The position numbers were made by a program, and so were the translations under genes. A stretch of 64,000 nt of DNA from Candidatus Falkowbacteria bacterium (GTDB taxonomy: Bacteria > Patescibacteriota > Patescibacteriia > Patescibacteriales > UBA12075). The notes beneath the pieces were generated by a model. It did no database searches, was not told the origin of the DNA, and was given only the letters and a program-made list of their open reading frames with translations. The stretch covers positions 13,804-77,803 of the forward strand of contig DOSJ01000022.1 of assembly GCA_003514005.1 (NCBI GenBank), written 5' to 3'. Position 1 is the stretch's first letter; every line of letters begins with the position of its first letter. Below are positions 37,020-47,335 of the stretch, in pieces.

Positions 37020-37472
37020 TTATATTCTCAACCATCCAATCATTATTCCGTCAATAGTATAAATATAATAACCCCTTGTAAAAATAGTTTTCCCAAAATT
37101 ACGCTTTTCCTTGGGTTCCAAACGAGAAATACTTAAAGTCTCTTCTCCAACATCAAGGCCTGAGAATTTAACAACTCTAATCCGAATAGGAAAGCTATTG
37201 GTGTTTTCTATCCAGGAGTCCTCTTTCATTAAAATATCCGGAACAGTAATCTTCACACCTTCAGACTCCACTATATACGGTTTTAATATATCGCTTTTGA
37301 TTTCAACTTTTGTTTTTTCTTCGATATCGGCTGATATTTTTATTTTTTTCATATCATTCATTAGAAAAAATAAAAATGTTGATATTACAAAAAGAATAAA
37401 TATAAATAAAACAAGTACAATATTTATAATCACAGAACCTTTTTGATTGTTAATATAATTTTTCATCTTCAT
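37020..37472 (-). CDS. pilin-like protein with atypical prepilin N-terminus
   Basis: N-terminus QKGSVIINIVLVLFIF resembles a class III signal peptide with Asn at +5. Confidence 0.3.
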   Translation of the reverse strand: MKMKNYINNQKGSVIINIVLVLFIFILFVISTFLFFLMNDMKKIKISADIEEKTKVEIKSDILKPYIVESEGVKITVPDILMKEDSWIENTNSFPIRIRVVKFSGLDVGEETLSISRLEPKEKRNFGKTIFTRGYYIYTIDGIMIGWLRI

Positions 37473-37490
37473 CTCCTTCTGTTAAAAGAT

Positions 37491-37880
37491 TTAATCATTT
37501 TCCAATTCTTGATAATCACCTATTTCTCGCGCCAAAATAGCAATCCGACTTTCCAGTGCCTTTATCTCGTCCGTTGCTTTTGGCGATTCTTTTTTTAATT
37601 TTGCCAACACAGTTTCAAGTATATATTTTTGATTATCCGCCAATACCATTATCAAATTGTTTAGCTTTTCTATCTGTTCATCAGAGCTTAAAAATTGAGA
37701 TATTGCTTGTTCGCTGTCTTCAACTGCGACCTGAGTGTTGATCTCGGTTTTTACTTTATTGTCTTCTCTTGTAAAATGAATATTCGTAGCGACTACTGCC
37801 AACACTATTGAAAAAATTGCCATAATCATCATAACTTGAATAACTGTAATCCCCTTCTGACATCCAATAAAACTTTTCAT
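37491..37880 (-). CDS. pilin-like protein with atypical prepilin N-terminus
   Basis: CQKGITVIQVMMIMAIFSIV resembles a class III signal (G-I-T-V-I-Q, Gln at +5). Coiled-coil C-terminal region. Confidence 0.3.
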   Translation of the reverse strand: MKSFIGCQKGITVIQVMMIMAIFSIVLAVVATNIHFTREDNKVKTEINTQVAVEDSEQAISQFLSSDEQIEKLNNLIMVLADNQKYILETVLAKLKKESPKATDEIKALESRIAILAREIGDYQELEND

Positions 37881-38051
37881 CTTTTTTCTCCTTGTTTAGT
37901 TAAAATTTTTGTCAAAGACCGATTTAAAAATATTTATAAGAAATTAGCACATTTTTTGTTTGGTGTCAAGGGGGTTTTACTTACATTAAACAAAAAAAGC
38001 CCCATCACAAGAATAATCTCGCAACAGGGCGTTTTATAAATTTAATACAAG

Positions 38052-38747
38052 TTATTTCTCACTCTCCAACCAAGCCTTCAAGAGAAATATTGTTTCTGTT
38101 TGCAATTTTGCTCGCGCCCAATCTTTTTGCGACTCGGAAAGTACCTCACCAAGTCCATCAAGAATGTGGCGATTTTCCATTTTTTCCAAAAGTTTTATAC
38201 ATTTTAACAAAACGTCTTTGAATGGCATCTTGGCGCGACCCTCAACCAATTCTCTATTTATCGGCCAATTATTTTTTGCAAAAAAATATACATCATAAAC
38301 ATCACGGCTTGTTTTACCTATTCTTTCATACATAGCCATCAGTTTGTTGGCAAACATATCCTCCTGGATCATTACCCGCATTGAAATGCCCAGCAAAGTT
38401 TTTATTTCATATCTAGAACCAAAATCGCGGCGATTAACTTCTATTTTTATATTCTGAGATTTTATATCGTATGAAATTACTGTTACAAGATTGAAACGCT
38501 TGATTCTTGAATCAACAACTTCGCCATAGCCCATGGCTATTTTTTGAATTTTTTCAAACACTTCTTGTTCTTTGGTTTCATCCAAAAGATCTAGGTCAAT
38601 ATCGACAGAATTTCTAGTCAAATCATAAAACATCATGGCGGCTGTTCCACCCTTAAAACCCAGATAAGGCGAAAGCGAAGAATCGGAAAATATATCTTTC
38701 AAAATTTGCAATAATATATTCTTGTGTTTCGGATAATCTAAAGTCAT
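38052..38747 (-). CDS. AbiEii/DUF1814-family nucleotidyltransferase toxin
   Basis: GFKGGTAAMMFYDLTRNSVDIDLD nucleotidyltransferase motif. Confidence 0.65.
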   Translation of the reverse strand: MTLDYPKHKNILLQILKDIFSDSSLSPYLGFKGGTAAMMFYDLTRNSVDIDLDLLDETKEQEVFEKIQKIAMGYGEVVDSRIKRFNLVTVISYDIKSQNIKIEVNRRDFGSRYEIKTLLGISMRVMIQEDMFANKLMAMYERIGKTSRDVYDVYFFAKNNWPINRELVEGRAKMPFKDVLLKCIKLLEKMENRHILDGLGEVLSESQKDWARAKLQTETIFLLKAWLESEK

Positions 38748-39358
38748 ATATTTTTATTTTCTAATTTGTTATCTTGATAATGTTTATAATACATTCGAAC
38801 TTTTTTATCCATTCTCTTATTACGATATATCGGCAAAATTTCAAAAACCTTATCCCAATCCAAAACGTCCATGTGATCAAAATGATATTCCTTGCTAATA
38901 TATATCCGATCCAAAAATGCCCGCTCTTTTGTAGCGATTGAAATATCATTAACGTGCTCTATACCGATAGTATTGCTTAATACATAATCTTTTAATCTTA
39001 CGAAGGATATTTTTTGACCATCAACTTCAATTTCTCTAGTAACATAAGAAGCAACAAAAATATTTCCATAGTATTGAAAATTTATTCCAGCCCGAGTCAA
39101 TACGGTTTCAAAACTGACATACGCAGGCGTATATATGCGCGTAGCCAATTCAAAACGATCATAATTTTTGTCTTTTGCATAAATACCACGATGCACTCTG
39201 ATTAATTTCCCGGTTTTTACATAATTATTTAACCGAACTCTAACATTGTTTTCTGCTTGTTCACCCCATAACAAAACAATGTCTTTTGTGGAAAATACAG
39301 TCTTTGATGATTTTAATAAAATGTCGAAATATTGACCTTTTTTAGAAATATTTTTCAT
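38744..39358 (-). CDS. AbiEi-type antitoxin / transcriptional regulator
   Basis: N-terminal wHTH-like region with KTGKLIRVHRGIYA, characteristic of AbiEi. Confidence 0.55.
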   Translation of the reverse strand: MKNISKKGQYFDILLKSSKTVFSTKDIVLLWGEQAENNVRVRLNNYVKTGKLIRVHRGIYAKDKNYDRFELATRIYTPAYVSFETVLTRAGINFQYYGNIFVASYVTREIEVDGQKISFVRLKDYVLSNTIGIEHVNDISIATKERAFLDRIYISKEYHFDHMDVLDWDKVFEILPIYRNKRMDKKVRMYYKHYQDNKLENKNI

Positions 39359-39495
39359 ATATTTACTGGGGGTTAGCTTAAAACTAACTTCCAGTACAAT
39401 TATATGCTATTTTGTTAAAAATTGCAAGGGGATAAAATTAATCAAGCAAAAAAAGCCCCATCGCAAGAATAATCTGGCGACAGGGCGTTTGCATT

Positions 39496-39885
39496 TTATT
39501 GAAGGAACAAATACATGATAATGATATGAAGGGCATTATCAACCTCTTTGTAAACAATGCAGGAAAAAATTAAGTCGATTTGGTGATATTTGTCGGCAGA
39601 ATTAAAGGCTTTAACTATATTTCTTCCCTTAATCATGTCTAACCATTTTTGCCCAAGCGACCAATAATCAATCGGAAAATGACTTAGAAAAATTACACCA
39701 ACAGTATACAAATCAAAGCGCTGTAAAAATAGACACACACTCACGGTATAGATAGCGCAATGAAGAAAACATATAGTTACACCTCTAAATGATTTTTCTG
39801 ATTTAGTAAGCGCCATTAAACGACTTTGTGTTAAATAATCACCTAACCAACTGCCCATCATTATGTTCGCGAATAGACAATCCAT
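39496..39885 (-). CDS. small membrane protein (DUF3307-like?)
   Basis: Three to four TM helices with His/Asp residues at helix ends. Immediately downstream of the NMNAT-kinase gene. Confidence 0.3.
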   Translation of the reverse strand: MDCLFANIMMGSWLGDYLTQSRLMALTKSEKSFRGVTICFLHCAIYTVSVCLFLQRFDLYTVGVIFLSHFPIDYWSLGQKWLDMIKGRNIVKAFNSADKYHQIDLIFSCIVYKEVDNALHIIIMYLFLQ

Positions 39886-39911
39886 TGTGTACCTCCTTTT
39901 ATTGAAAAATA

Positions 39912-40943
39912 CTATTCTAACTCATCGGCGAATCGCTTCGCCACCTCCCTAGTTTTTTCCAAATCACCGCTCGTTACAATTTTTCGAATCATCAAGTTCT
40001 CTGCTTTGGCGATTTTCTTACTCTCGCTCCAACCAGGAATACGACGGATGAACGGCAACATATGTTCAGTGTTTCTACCGTTTACCCGTTTAGCATTTTC
40101 GTTGACACTGTCACAGCCCAGATAAAGCACCTTGCCTCCGACAAAATTGTACATCGGCTTATCCGGTTGCAGGCCGTAGGCAATTTCAACAAATACATGC
40201 GAATTTGCCGGAACGTTGAGAAGTGACTGCTTCAAAAGATTAATCCAAGGAATCCCGATGACTTGCTTCAGTTCCTCTTCGCGTTCCAACGCTACTTTGA
40301 TTAAATCTTCTTCACCAAAATGTGCTTTGAGTAATGGCTTTAATTCTTTATTAAAGCCATCGGTATTAATATGGACAATGTCATCTCTACCCTCTTTGAG
40401 CATATTAAGAAAAGTGCTTTTGCCAGAACCAGGACGACCGACTACGAGAAAAATGTTTTTTAGATTTAGCCGTTTTTCGATCAAGGCAGAAATCACTCCG
40501 GGCGAAACAAATTCTTTCAAACCTTCCAGCTCCAGATTTTGCATCATCGTTCTGACTTTGGTCGCAGATATTCCTTCAAATCCGCAAGTGCTAAAAAAAT
40601 AGATGAATTTATCCACGCCGTATTGTTCTTTATTTAGCTTCATTACTATTTTTTCTTCTTGAAAATCTTCATAACTCCGAAGACCGCGAACCATCACGAT
40701 TTTTTTTCGATTAATGCCAAGCTTGCCCATTTCTTCAAAAGTCGTCAGCGTCACATTTTTCGGCAGATCATAGCTTCGCCACAATTCTTTGCTTTCCTCT
40801 GTTGAAAAGATGTCTTGTTTAAGCGGATTAGTTGAACAAACCACATACACATGCGGCAGACTTTTTGCCGCGCTTTTTACGAGTTCAAAATGTCCTTTTG
40901 TCGGCGGTGAAAAACGTCCCGGATACACATAATAAACTTTCAT
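39912..40943 (-). CDS. NadR-like bifunctional NMN adenylyltransferase / P-loop (ribosylnicotinamide) kinase, no HTH
   Basis: N-terminal cytidylyltransferase motif GRFSPPTKGH (HxGH class). C-terminal Walker A GRPGSGKST. Confidence 0.6.
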   Translation of the reverse strand: MKVYYVYPGRFSPPTKGHFELVKSAAKSLPHVYVVCSTNPLKQDIFSTEESKELWRSYDLPKNVTLTTFEEMGKLGINRKKIVMVRGLRSYEDFQEEKIVMKLNKEQYGVDKFIYFFSTCGFEGISATKVRTMMQNLELEGLKEFVSPGVISALIEKRLNLKNIFLVVGRPGSGKSTFLNMLKEGRDDIVHINTDGFNKELKPLLKAHFGEEDLIKVALEREEELKQVIGIPWINLLKQSLLNVPANSHVFVEIAYGLQPDKPMYNFVGGKVLYLGCDSVNENAKRVNGRNTEHMLPFIRRIPGWSESKKIAKAENLMIRKIVTSGDLEKTREVAKRFADELE

Positions 40944-41081
40944 GGCTTCCTCCTTGTTATTTGGTTGTCAATGATCATATTTGTATTATGGAGGAAAAAA
41001 GATTTTTTGAATTAAAAAAACATGCCACATATTGACATAATTATTATTTTTTGCTATCTTTAAATAAAATAAAAAAATAAA

Positions 41082-41873
41082 TTGTCGAAAAAAATCGACA
41101 ACAATATAAAAAATATGAATAACGAAATCAAAAACAGTTTAAAAAACCTTGGCTTTCGCAATAACGAAATCAAGGTTTATATGGCACTAACCAGTCTGGG
41201 CGAGGCCAATGCGGCAGAGATTGCCAAAAAAGCTGATTTGCCACGGACGACTGCTATTAGTATTTTGGAAAAATTAAAAGAAGATAATTATTTAACCACG
41301 CATAAATATCGCGGCACTACCAGCTATTGGATTGAATCACCACAAACGCTAGTAAACATTTTTGAACACAAAATCGATATCGCAAATTCTCTTGGCGAAC
41401 TCTTGAACAAAGAATATCGCCAAGAAGCGCACTTCCCTTTTGCGGAAACTTATGATACAAAAACAGGCATCCGGCAGTATATTGAAAAATTTTTATGTAA
41501 GCTAAATAAAAATTCCACTATCTACACAATCGATTCTCCCAAAAGCGGAAATTATGCAAAGATTTTTTCTGATAAGATTAGCGAGGTGATTTTAATCAGC
41601 AAGAAAAAAAGAAATATCTCAACAAAATCTTTGATTCCCTTTGGAACTTATGATGATGATATGATCAAAAAAACTCAAGCGCAAAATATTGAAATCCGCG
41701 AACTGCCAAAAGAAATCACATTCAGTGCTTCACTCTGGCTAACAAACGACACACTTACCCATTTCTCTGGTAACCCCCCGTTCTTGGCTGTAGTCCAGCA
41801 CAAACTGATCGTTGCTAGCATGAAAAGTATTTACGATTTTTTCTGGAGCATTTCTAATAGCCCAAAAAAATAA
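41082..41873 (+). CDS. TrmB-like wHTH transcriptional regulator
   Basis: N-terminal wHTH IKVYMALTSLGEANAAEIAKKADLPRTTAISILEKL. Confidence 0.45.
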   Translation: MSKKIDNNIKNMNNEIKNSLKNLGFRNNEIKVYMALTSLGEANAAEIAKKADLPRTTAISILEKLKEDNYLTTHKYRGTTSYWIESPQTLVNIFEHKIDIANSLGELLNKEYRQEAHFPFAETYDTKTGIRQYIEKFLCKLNKNSTIYTIDSPKSGNYAKIFSDKISEVILISKKKRNISTKSLIPFGTYDDDMIKKTQAQNIEIRELPKEITFSASLWLTNDTLTHFSGNPPFLAVVQHKLIVASMKSIYDFFWSISNSPKK

Positions 41874-41874
41874 A

Positions 41875-41910
41875 AAACCCGTTACCTGCTTTCTCGCAAG
41901 TAACGGGTAT
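41875..41910. terminator. bidirectional intrinsic terminator
   Basis: 9-bp stem ACCCGTTAC/GTAACGGGT with A-run on one side and T-run on the other (strong TTTTTTATTTTTTT when read on the minus strand). Sits between convergent genes. Confidence 0.7.
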
Positions 41911-41914
41911 CTCA

Positions 41915-42130
41915 TTAAAAATTTTGTTGTAAAAAAGAATTAAGCTCTTTTTTTTCAACTAGGAACAATGAATTGTATGATGATTTATTGCGCTCAACAA
42001 TTGGCTTTATAATTTCGTGGATAATTTCTCCAGACAAAATTGCAGCTTCTTTTTTGCTGTTTTTTTCAAATTCAAAAATATATACATAGTCATTTGTCGC
42101 CGCAATCCTAAATAATAGACACCATTTCAT
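41915..42130 (-). CDS. small hypothetical protein
   Basis: 71-aa ORF with terminator downstream. No domain recognised. Confidence 0.3.
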   Translation of the reverse strand: MKWCLLFRIAATNDYVYIFEFEKNSKKEAAILSGEIIHEIIKPIVERNKSSYNSLFLVEKKELNSFLQQNF

Positions 42131-42144
42131 TCATATTTTCTCCT

Positions 42145-43062
42145 TCATCTTATTTTATCATTAATTAAAGTAATTTTCGGTTGTGCAGGACTCAACAAGC
42201 TGGCTTTTTTCAAGGCAATCTCATGTCTCCTAAGAATATCTTCCAATAGGTTTTGTGGAGAATCAAATTTTGGATTTTGAAATTTGAGATTGTATTCCTT
42301 GATTTGTTCTTTAGCAAAACTCAAAAGACTATTAGATTCAATAATTTCTTCATAAGAAAAATCCTGCTTTAATGCCTCTTGCACCATCTCAATGATTTCA
42401 TATCTATAGCCCAGATCACCAAAATCTGTTTGACCTAATTCAAGCCCAGCGGTCGGTTCGCGATATGCCAAATCACCAAGACCGACATATGACGCCATTA
42501 TTTTAACCAGTCTTTTTGACAAACCGGCAATCGGGCTAATATGAACAGCCCCATCACCGAATAACGTATAGTAACCGATACCAAAATCTTCATCACTATT
42601 TCCTGTGCCGATGACAAGTTTATTTTCAGTCGCGGCTTTGCCGTGCAATACAACAGCACGAATTTCAGAGGTTAAGTTGCCTTTATGGAATTGATTTTCC
42701 ATCGCTTCCTTATTCGTTGACTTAAACGCATCAACTAATTCGCTAATGTCATGTATTCCGTAACGGATTTTAAGTTTTAAAACAACCCGAATTGCATCAT
42801 GCATATCTTGCTCGTTATTAGTGCTTGATGGCAACATATAAGCTACCAATTCCAGCTTTTGTTTCGGTAAAGTGGCATTATACTTATCAAACGCATGTTT
42901 TGTTATCGCGGCCGTAAGTGTTGAGTCAACACCTCCAGACAACCCGATAACACCACCAGTCTTTCCCAATGAAAGAACTTGACTAACAATAAAATCTCCA
43001 ATTTCATTTAGTACTTCTTGCGGATTAATTTTTGGTAAATAAATTCTTTTATCATTTATCAT
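42145..43062 (-). CDS. nadE: NH3-dependent NAD+ synthetase
   Basis: PP-loop GLSGGVDST and overall NadE length/organisation. Confidence 0.85.
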   Translation of the reverse strand: MINDKRIYLPKINPQEVLNEIGDFIVSQVLSLGKTGGVIGLSGGVDSTLTAAITKHAFDKYNATLPKQKLELVAYMLPSSTNNEQDMHDAIRVVLKLKIRYGIHDISELVDAFKSTNKEAMENQFHKGNLTSEIRAVVLHGKAATENKLVIGTGNSDEDFGIGYYTLFGDGAVHISPIAGLSKRLVKIMASYVGLGDLAYREPTAGLELGQTDFGDLGYRYEIIEMVQEALKQDFSYEEIIESNSLLSFAKEQIKEYNLKFQNPKFDSPQNLLEDILRRHEIALKKASLLSPAQPKITLINDKIR

Positions 43063-43088
43063 GACTTTTCTCCTTTGTTATTTTCGCG

Positions 43089-43982
43089 TTATGCGATTTG
43101 TTTTTTTAATTTCTTCAAAAAGTCTTTTAACTCAGCATCTGAATAATTTTCTAGATGCGAAATTTCGAGTACAATCGGCGTCCGGTGACGGCGAAAATAT
43201 TGCGGATACTTTTTGTAACCGCTGACATTTCCGGGCCGAGGCAACAGATGTTCGTCGTCGCTCCAGTCATTCGGATTAAAAACTCCGCCATTTCCATTAA
43301 AATGAAAATTGAAAATTGGAATGCCCAGTGCCAGATAATTAGCAAAATCAGCTTTGGTGGCCAAGCGTAAATGCCCGGTATCAATCGTCAAGCCAAAAGT
43401 CCGCGTATCACACAGCATTTTTTTAAAATGATTCGGTTGATACCCAAGATTGCCGGCCTTGACTTTTGGATGCGTCATGTTTTCTATGGCAATTTTGGTC
43501 CTGTACCCATACTTGATGCGAATACCATCCAGTTTCATAAAAAAACGCTTTGCTTTTTTCAGCGCATACTTTTCTGAAAATATCTCATTGTTGTTTTCAG
43601 AAAAAACTGGCGGATGCCAAGTTAGTACTGAGCCTAGCCTGTATTTCCGATAAATCCTTTCAAACATAACTAGCCAATCCAAGATTATGTCTTGATGTTC
43701 TTTCACACAAACATTTAGCCCTTTTTCAATGTTAATTGAAACGGTCGTTTCTGTCGGCAGATGAATTTGCACGACTACGCCTTTTAACAAGTTTTTTAAA
43801 TACGTTAAGTTAATACCGTTTGGCACAAAAGAACGGTTTTCATAACTGTACAATGGGAAACCAGATTGTGCCATGCAATGAGGATTTATTTCCATCATAT
43901 TTACGCCAAATTTCATTACTCGATTTATCTCATCAAGATTTTTTACGGAAAATCCAATTAACTGATTATCTTTCCACGCCAT
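43089..43982 (-). CDS. TIM-barrel sugar phosphate isomerase/epimerase-like protein
   Basis: Conserved acidic/His positions (..IENM..., ...IDTGHL...) resembling xylose-isomerase-like TIM barrels. Confidence 0.3.
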   Translation of the reverse strand: MAWKDNQLIGFSVKNLDEINRVMKFGVNMMEINPHCMAQSGFPLYSYENRSFVPNGINLTYLKNLLKGVVVQIHLPTETTVSINIEKGLNVCVKEHQDIILDWLVMFERIYRKYRLGSVLTWHPPVFSENNNEIFSEKYALKKAKRFFMKLDGIRIKYGYRTKIAIENMTHPKVKAGNLGYQPNHFKKMLCDTRTFGLTIDTGHLRLATKADFANYLALGIPIFNFHFNGNGGVFNPNDWSDDEHLLPRPGNVSGYKKYPQYFRRHRTPIVLEISHLENYSDAELKDFLKKLKKQIA

Positions 43983-44126
43983 AACACTACCTCCGTTTTT
44001 AATTGTTTTCTATTATTAATTTTTCAAAGATCATTTCTCCTTGCTGAAATAAACTATACTTATAATTTATTTTAGTAAAGATGGCAGGGAAGGAATTTTT
44101 TTCACTTCCCTGCCGTGTTTTGAATA

Positions 44127-44924
44127 TTATCCCCTAAAACCCTTTTTTGTCTGTAGAGCGAGAAAAAAATTACTGTTTTCCAGTACAACAATCTTTAATT
44201 TTACTGGGTGTTTTTTAACAATAATCATGCCACCGTCGCGAACAACGTCTAGTTTTTGACCATCACCAAATAATAAGGCACTACCGGGCGGACGGCAAGG
44301 TGCTACTTCAATTTTTATGATTGAATTATCAGACACAATCAATGGTCGAGTATTACAAACGGTCGGGCAAATCGTTGTTATTATAAATATTGACTGCACA
44401 TCGGGTTCGCAAATAGGACCTCCAGCGCCTTGATTATAGCCAGTTGAGCCAGTTGGAGTGCTAACAATTACACCATTTGCCTTTAAACTATCATGCACTA
44501 GAATATCATTTTTCCAAATAGTATAATATGGAACACCTTCGGAACCTTCAAAATATACGTCATTGACTAGCGGCCCAAATTCTTTACCGCCATATTTAAG
44601 CATGAGGCCAAGGCGTTCTTCGATTCTAAAATTCCCTTGCAAAAATTCCGATATTGGCTTTTCCCAATCCGTAATATGACCATAGGTTAAAAAACCAACA
44701 TTTCCCGCATTAATCGATAAAACTGGGATACCAAGTTTTGAACACGCCGATGCAGTCCTCATTAAATTAGAATCTCCGCCAAAAGTAATTTCATATTCCG
44801 GCTTGTCTTCCCTTTTAACAATATCATCTCCGTGTTTTTTCAACCAAATCTTAATATCATTAAAAATTTGCAAATTATTTCCTTCTTGTGCCTTATACGG
44901 ATCAATGCTCATTGAAATTCTCAT
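44127..44924 (-). CDS. nadK: NAD+ kinase
   Basis: GGDG-type motif region (FGGDSN), NVGFLT motif, C-terminal STPTGSTGYNQGAGGPI. Confidence 0.8.
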   Translation of the reverse strand: MRISMSIDPYKAQEGNNLQIFNDIKIWLKKHGDDIVKREDKPEYEITFGGDSNLMRTASACSKLGIPVLSINAGNVGFLTYGHITDWEKPISEFLQGNFRIEERLGLMLKYGGKEFGPLVNDVYFEGSEGVPYYTIWKNDILVHDSLKANGVIVSTPTGSTGYNQGAGGPICEPDVQSIFIITTICPTVCNTRPLIVSDNSIIKIEVAPCRPPGSALLFGDGQKLDVVRDGGMIIVKKHPVKLKIVVLENSNFFLALQTKKGFRG

Positions 44925-45060
44925 ATTCTCTCCTTTATTAATTGTTATTCAATTGTTAAAAATTCCCTCCCTTAATAAAAATATCTTACTCTAAAAATAT
45001 TTTTAGTAAAGGCCGGTAAAGAAAGCTGGGTTTAGCTTTCTTTACCGGGGTATTGATAGA

Positions 45061-46644
45061 TTACCTCACCTGTTTCAAGGCTTCTTCTCTGATTTTACTT
45101 CTCTTTTGACGCAAGGCCTTTGTCATGGCAATACCGGTTTTGTTTTCACCAATATCTCTAGTAAAATCAGGTCCAAGCGTTTTTCGCTGTAAACTTGATC
45201 TTTCCACGCCATTTTGAATTGCTAATGACCGCGCTAATGATTCATGTGTATACTCGGGATTGAAAAATGGTTTTCCAGGATTTGTTAATCCGTCGTACAA
45301 TAACACTTTTTGACTTGAATAGTTTGGCGGTGCGCTTTCTCCTTTTTCTCCCAGAATGTAAACGCCGGTATCATTATTTATAAACCATTCAACACGGCCA
45401 GGGACAGATTGTTTCATTGTGTCATCGAGACATATTTTCATTGTCTCAACTGTGTCAATTGGTTCTTTTGGAGTACCGTCATGGAATAAACAAGCTTTAT
45501 TGGCCACTTCAAGCGCTCTCCTTGGTCCAATGAATGCACCACCGGCTCCATGAATTGCACGCTCTTTGGAAAGGCCATACTGCTTACGTTTTTTCTCTGC
45601 CTCCAGCACGTCCAAGGGTTTGTGTCCATCTTCAAAAACAACATTAATCATTTTTCCCTCGTCTTGCAGAACTGTTAAATCATGCATTCCGAGTTTTAAT
45701 GTATCTCCGCTGTCCGGACGTTCCGCAAACGGTGCCGGATAACCTTCTCCTAACAGTTGCTGTAAATCTTTAAACCCATAATCATGCTTGATAATATCAA
45801 GTAGCACAGTGCAGTATGGTCCGAGTTCAGAGCCTAATAAAGCCCGCAATGAATCAATGAATTTTTTCCATTGCTGATAAAAGCAATGTCCCGTGGTGCC
45901 CGCACTCTTGAATGGAGCGCCATTGATAAACGCACCAAGATCATTTGACGTGGAAATAATACCACCACCAATCAACATCGCCAAAAGCATATCGTCACTA
46001 AACTCACAATTCTGCAAAGCACGGAAAGCGACTTCAATAAATCGCCAAGGATCGCCTAGTACTTCGGCAAATTGCGCGGCAATGGTTGCCACATGGGTTA
46101 ATTGCCCAATCTGAATATACATTGGTTCATTTACCCATACCGCCGGTTTTTCACCATATATTTCCGCAATCGGAAATGGTACGCCGGTAAATACAGCCCC
46201 TTCTCCAACACATTCAATCCGTATCGGCAAGTAGCCATCAAAATCATCAACAACATGGTGCCAGTATTCAGCATTAAACTGCCGAGGATGACCATTGTGT
46301 TTACCGGATTGAAAATCAGCGACCAAGTCAACTTCATTATGCGTAATCTGATGACTCAAAAATTCCAACCATTTCCAGAATCCAGCCGCAACCGTAAACC
46401 CACCAAGCTGTTTTCGAACTAACACGTGATGCGCCGCATATTTTTTTCCCGGCAAGCAAGCCATAAAATGCTCATAGTTATCACTTAACACCAATGGAAT
46501 GTTTTTGGCAATCATCTTTCTCAGCCATTGCGGAATTTTCATAAAATCTTCGTATCTACTCGGTAACTTACCGTACCCAAAATGCTTTAGAAGTAAATTG
46601 TTTGCCTCTGACATGTCCTTTCCATAATTTATGTATGAACTCAT
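45061..46644 (-). CDS. nicotinamide/nicotinate phosphoribosyltransferase family protein (NAMPT-like)
   Basis: About 527 aa from the Met at 46644. The longer track ORF to 46803 would overlap the upstream GNAT gene by 143 nt. Type II PRTase-like length and motifs in an NAD-salvage neighbourhood. Confidence 0.5.
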   Translation of the reverse strand: MSSYINYGKDMSEANNLLLKHFGYGKLPSRYEDFMKIPQWLRKMIAKNIPLVLSDNYEHFMACLPGKKYAAHHVLVRKQLGGFTVAAGFWKWLEFLSHQITHNEVDLVADFQSGKHNGHPRQFNAEYWHHVVDDFDGYLPIRIECVGEGAVFTGVPFPIAEIYGEKPAVWVNEPMYIQIGQLTHVATIAAQFAEVLGDPWRFIEVAFRALQNCEFSDDMLLAMLIGGGIISTSNDLGAFINGAPFKSAGTTGHCFYQQWKKFIDSLRALLGSELGPYCTVLLDIIKHDYGFKDLQQLLGEGYPAPFAERPDSGDTLKLGMHDLTVLQDEGKMINVVFEDGHKPLDVLEAEKKRKQYGLSKERAIHGAGGAFIGPRRALEVANKACLFHDGTPKEPIDTVETMKICLDDTMKQSVPGRVEWFINNDTGVYILGEKGESAPPNYSSQKVLLYDGLTNPGKPFFNPEYTHESLARSLAIQNGVERSSLQRKTLGPDFTRDIGENKTGIAMTKALRQKRSKIREEALKQVR

Positions 46645-46660
46645 TTTTATGTTCTCCTTT

Positions 46661-47176
46661 TCAACTTGGTTTAACCGCAGAAAATACCAATAAATCATAA
46701 AATTGTTTTGCCAACTTGTAGCGTCCGCGCAAAATGCCGTCACAGTTAAAATCGGACAGGCTTTTGCATACTTCAACCATATACTCATCACACTCTGGTA
46801 CATTTATATAGACTGTGTTTAACTTTAATTCAGCAAATGCTATTTTTAACAAAACATTTATTGCCGATTTTTCAAAAACCATATTTTGAAAAGCCGGAAA
46901 TATCATAATTCCCAATCTGGCATTTTCCATAATAGTATCAATCTCATGAAGTCCGATTGTTCCAATCGCATCACCAGATGTATACTGGCGTATTATAAAC
47001 AGTTTATCGGTTTCACTTTGACACATTTTTTTCAAATATGCTTGTTCAGATTGTAGACCAAATGGCTCTGAGAAAAAAGCAATATTTGCTCCTACTCCAC
47101 CATTTATGCCATCCAGTATTTCTTCTGCATGACAGGCTTCTGCCCTTGATAAAAAAATCCTCCTTTCATCAGACAT
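46661..47176 (-). CDS. GNAT-like acetyltransferase
   Basis: 171 aa with GNAT-like beta/alpha pattern. Confidence 0.35.
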   Translation of the reverse strand: MSDERRIFLSRAEACHAEEILDGINGGVGANIAFFSEPFGLQSEQAYLKKMCQSETDKLFIIRQYTSGDAIGTIGLHEIDTIMENARLGIMIFPAFQNMVFEKSAINVLLKIAFAELKLNTVYINVPECDEYMVEVCKSLSDFNCDGILRGRYKLAKQFYDLLVFSAVKPS

Positions 47177-47206
47177 TTCAAATCCCCCTTCTATTAAATT
47201 GTTATG

Positions 47207-47319
47207 TAAAGATCATCCGGCTTATTTAGTTTTTTAAATAAGCCGAGAAAGCTTTATCCAAATATCTTTTGGGTAAAATTTTCTATTGGGCAGTAGTGAG
47301 TTTTTTCACTACTGCCCAG
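47207..47319. repeat. about 110-bp direct repeat copy 1 (two hairpins)
   Basis: Near-identical to 48715-48816. Contains hairpins CGGCTTATTT-AGTTTTTT-AAATAAGCCG and GGGCAGTAGTGA-GTTTTTT-CACTACTGCCC. Confidence 0.9.
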
Positions 47320-47335
47320 TTTTTTGTTTATTGCT

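Noticed and set aside
40216-40602. 128-aa plus-strand ORF inside the NadR-like gene
   Set aside because: Antisense to a gene with clear cytidylyltransferase and Walker A motifs.
45061-46803. Full 580-aa track ORF for the NAMPT-like gene
   Set aside because: Its first 53 codons overlap the upstream GNAT gene by 143 nt. An internal Met at 46644 gives a non-overlapping, size-appropriate protein, so the shorter model was preferred.
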